Source of the DNA: Lingula anatina
Lineage: Eukaryota; Animalia; Brachiopoda
Assembly (NCBI GenBank): GCA_051362555.1
Contig: CM120641.1
Span: 5,456,001 to 5,520,000, forward strand
DNA length: 64,000 bases
Direction: 5' to 3'
Both the position numbers and the translations under genes were made by a program. The notes beneath the pieces were generated by a model. The model saw nothing but the letters and a program-made list of their open reading frames with translations. It was not told the DNA's origin and searched no databases. Of this stretch, positions 63,288 through 64,000 are shown in pieces (the stretch's first letter is position 1; each line of letters starts with the position of its first letter).

Positions 63288-64000
63288 CTGATAATTTGTA
63301 AAAATAAATAAATAAATGAAGGTTTATATCATTCAGTTCTTAAAACAGAAAAGCCATTTTGCATATTTTGCCTTCAGTATTATATCTTATTCATTCCATA
63401 TCTTTTTTAAAGGTACATACGAACCGAGCATCGGTGGAGTGTGGATTCCCAGTAACACATGTAAACCACTTCTACTAGATTCTTATATGGCTCAAATAAA
63501 TTCGACATGCCAAGGGATAAACTGAATAGATCACTCGATCAGCCATAAAAGACCTTTAGACTGCTCCTTTCTTTAAATTTATGGTTGTAAATTTAACCTA
63601 CTTCAGTGACATACAGCTTAGAATGCCAGCAGAAAAATCTGTTCAAACATCATTTTCGAGTAAAATTAAACAATGCCTTTTGGTAATTCTCTTAGTTATA
63701 CTACTTGAAACTATATGCTGGCATTTGGTTGGTTTTTGTGACAAAAAATTGACTTTGTATGCATCTTTAACTCTCCAATTCCAATTAAACAGTGAAGTTA
63801 CTCTTTTGAACTTATTAGCTTGAAGAGGAAAAACTTTAAAAGGGGTAAAAGCAGGCTTGGAGAAAAAAGACATTACAAAAGAAAAGTGCTCTAAAATGGC
63901 CCTTATGTTAAAGAGATTAATGATAGGGTTTCATTTTAAAACAGAAACTGAGCACCACAAATACTTTTTAACACTATAAATTCATTTAAAAAAGTAGAAA

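Overview
AT-rich, intron-containing animal genomic DNA; gene content and repeat types suggest a lophotrochozoan invertebrate such as a mollusc (inference). From left to right: (1) a Tob/BTG gene on the minus strand with a single coding exon, a polyQ-rich N-terminal extension and a motif-rich 3' UTR; (2) about 16 kb of gene-free DNA upstream of it with enhancer-like motif clusters; (3) four tandem single-exon GT31 beta-1,3-galactosyltransferase-like genes; (4) a nested-palindrome block; (5) a 7-exon DHRSX-like SDR; (6) a Helentron/HINE-like non-autonomous element carrying a ~140-145 bp tandem array; (7) MGMT on the minus strand, head-to-head with (8) a 10-exon USP31/USP43-like deubiquitinase whose first intron holds a Harbinger-like MITE with a nested mini-MITE; (9) the 3' part of a QRICH2/C16orf96 (DUF4795)-like gene on the minus strand running off the window. 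Exon boundaries were read by eye from GT-AG sites and frame continuity. I found no convincing tRNA, rRNA, CRISPR array or transposase, and no clearly new multi-gene system. The most unusual items are a duplicated alternative last exon of DHRSX, loss of the C-terminal His in two GT31 paralogs, a DR1-element-bearing satellite inside the HINE, the nested palindrome sharing 24 bp with the DHRSX promoter region, and layered post-transcriptional signals on Tob.
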